Shown here: piece by piece, positions 37,803 to 38,792 of the stretch
How the letters are laid out: every line of letters starts with the position of its first letter
How positions within the stretch are numbered: the first letter of the stretch is position 1
IMG/VR virus record: IMGVR_UViG_3300030372_004503
Span: 1-38,792 of that record
Reading direction: 5' to 3' (one strand)
Source: a virus
Taxonomy: Duplodnaviria; Caudoviricetes
Length of the DNA stretch: 38,792 nt
Position numbers and translations under genes: made by a program
The notes under the pieces: model-generated
What the model saw: only the letters and a program-made list of their open reading frames with translations
What the model was told of the DNA's origin: nothing
Databases searched by the model: none

Positions 37803-37906
37803 TTCTTTTTACCTACTTTAGGGTAACTTCTTACATTATTCACTGATTTAGTTCCTCCCCAAGGGGTATTCGGTGTATTAGTCTTTAATACTCTATATTT
37901 ACTCAT
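37799..37906 (-). CDS. Small basic peptide (35 aa), first gene of the late module
   Basis: Not in the track. MSKYRVLKTNTPNTPWGGTKSVNNVRSYPKVGKKK*; GAGGT RBS; GTGA overlap with the next gene. Confidence 0.6.
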   Translation of the reverse strand: MSKYRVLKTNTPNTPWGGTKSVNNVRSYPKVGKKK

Positions 37907-38058
37907 ATATTACCTCTAAGTATATTTATATATCTAAACTATGGTACTTCTATACATTGCTTCTTATAGGCCTGTATAGAGTAAAGGAGCGCCGCAATAT
38001 ATAGTACTAATATAGTATAGGGTGGTATGCATTTCCAAAAACTTTTTCAAAAAATTTT

Positions 38059-38231
38059 CTAGGGGGACCCAATTACGAAAATTGCCCCAAGAATTGGTGT
38101 ACGCGATATACATTGAACCGACCCCGTCGGAATTCACGGCGTGGGGTGCCTCGCCAGGTTGAATCCCCGATGGGTTACGGTTCCGTTCCGCCTTTGGCGG
38201 TGCCCCTAGCTCACTGGAGCTCGTTTTGCTC
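38059..38231. other. GC-rich multi-hairpin non-coding element at the strand switch (structured ncRNA, ssDNA promoter, or packaging/terminus signal)
   Basis: CTAGGGG 38059-65 pairs with CCCCTAG 38203-09; long irregular stem 38115-38183; CCGCC-TTT-GGCGG 38188-38200; AGCTC-ACTG-GAGCT 38208-38221; preceded by A/T tracts. Confidence 0.55.
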
Positions 38232-38272
38232 TTTAATTAACTTTTAATAATACACATAAAGGATAAAATAAC

Positions 38273-38689
38273 ATGAAAGTACTTAATTATAAAAACTCAA
38301 TTAAATCACAAAAGACAGACCAACTTAAATACAAGGACGGAGTTCTACAAACCGACTCTAATGGCAATCCAAAGTATAAATATGACCCTATATATACTAC
38401 TGATGATTCAGGCAAGAAATGCATAAGCTACACGAATTTCTTAGAGGTCACATTTATCCCTGAAGAAGGCTCTGAAGTTCCTAAGCTCCTTTCTATCGAC
38501 AACTTGAATGCTATGAAGAAAGAAGCTAAAGCCAATGATAAGCCTCTTCAGATTGCCGATAACACCTACACACTTAAGAGAAGTAACTTGTTTACCGTTG
38601 TAGACGCCGAGACAGGCGAGGAAAAGACTCTCTTAAGTGCTTTCTACATGCCTACATACACTCCTAAACCCTCTACACTCTCCTTCTAA
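38273..38689 (+). CDS. Hypothetical protein (138 aa), first gene of the divergent (probably early) region
   Basis: AAGGA RBS; only plus-strand ORF not overlapping a minus-strand gene; followed by hairpins. Confidence 0.8.
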   Translation: MKVLNYKNSIKSQKTDQLKYKDGVLQTDSNGNPKYKYDPIYTTDDSGKKCISYTNFLEVTFIPEEGSEVPKLLSIDNLNAMKKEAKANDKPLQIADNTYTLKRSNLFTVVDAETGEEKTLLSAFYMPTYTPKPSTLSF

Positions 38690-38738
38690 CCTCTTTCAGA
38701 GGTAGTAATAAAGGGATAAGCTAACGCTTATCTCTTTA
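38689..38738 (+). terminator. Tandem hairpins after the plus-strand gene
   Basis: ACCTCT-TTC-AGAGGT (38689-38703) and TAAAGGGATAAGC-TAAC-GCTTATCTCTTTA (38709-38738, one G-U pair). Confidence 0.55.
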
Positions 38739-38792
38739 GATCGTGGACAATAGAGCGATAGGAATGTCCTTTAGTATACATAAAATAGTTTT

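Larger units (their letters stand above)
1..38792. mobile_element. Tailed (podovirus-like) bacteriophage genome segment: morphogenesis/late module plus the start of a divergent region
   Basis: Terminase-portal-scaffold-capsid-adaptor-tail-ejection gene order, endolysin, very dense co-oriented ORFs with TAATG/ATGA overlaps. No host housekeeping genes, integrase, tape-measure or sheath genes seen. Confidence 0.97.

Noticed and set aside
38150-38172. tRNA T-arm-like string CCAGGTTGAATCCCCG
   Set aside because: Lacks the C of GTTCRA, and no acceptor, D or anticodon arms can be built; these bases pair better in the long rod.
1-38792. Stop-codon reassignment as in some crAss-like phages
   Set aside because: Genes are full-length in code 11; TAG (8885, 12240, 24205, 36953) and TGA (23345, 27856, 37799) end genes at tight junctions.

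Overview
The whole window is a fragment of a tailed, podovirus-like dsDNA phage genome in the standard genetic code. Positions ~37.9 kb down to 1 form one tightly packed minus-strand late module. In order it encodes an M15 endolysin, a probable terminase small subunit, the terminase large subunit, a P22-like portal, scaffold, major capsid protein, neck/adaptor proteins, tail fibres, small membrane proteins, a metallophosphoesterase, a 1,656-aa tail nozzle-like protein, a 1,236-aa fibre, and a cluster of probable internal (ejection) proteins. The module ends in a giant ORF missing from the supplied track because it runs off the left edge (7570 to <1, >2,520 aa). My manual translation of parts of this ORF shows the ordered motifs of a single-chain two-barrel (double-psi beta-barrel) RNA polymerase: TDG...K...SxxK, then RTP and GGADLDGDK. 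It is most likely a virion-packaged, injected RNA polymerase. It has a canonical DxDGD rather than the crAss-type DFDID, and it sits in a phage that uses strong Shine-Dalgarno sites. Other notable items are an N-terminal motif shared with the neighbouring ejection protein, a Cys-for-Ser S74 autocleavage domain, a split adaptor gene, a CBM inserted in a neck protein, a candidate late-promoter motif, and a GC-rich highly foldable element at the late/early strand switch. All assignments come from motif recognition by eye; no searches were run.
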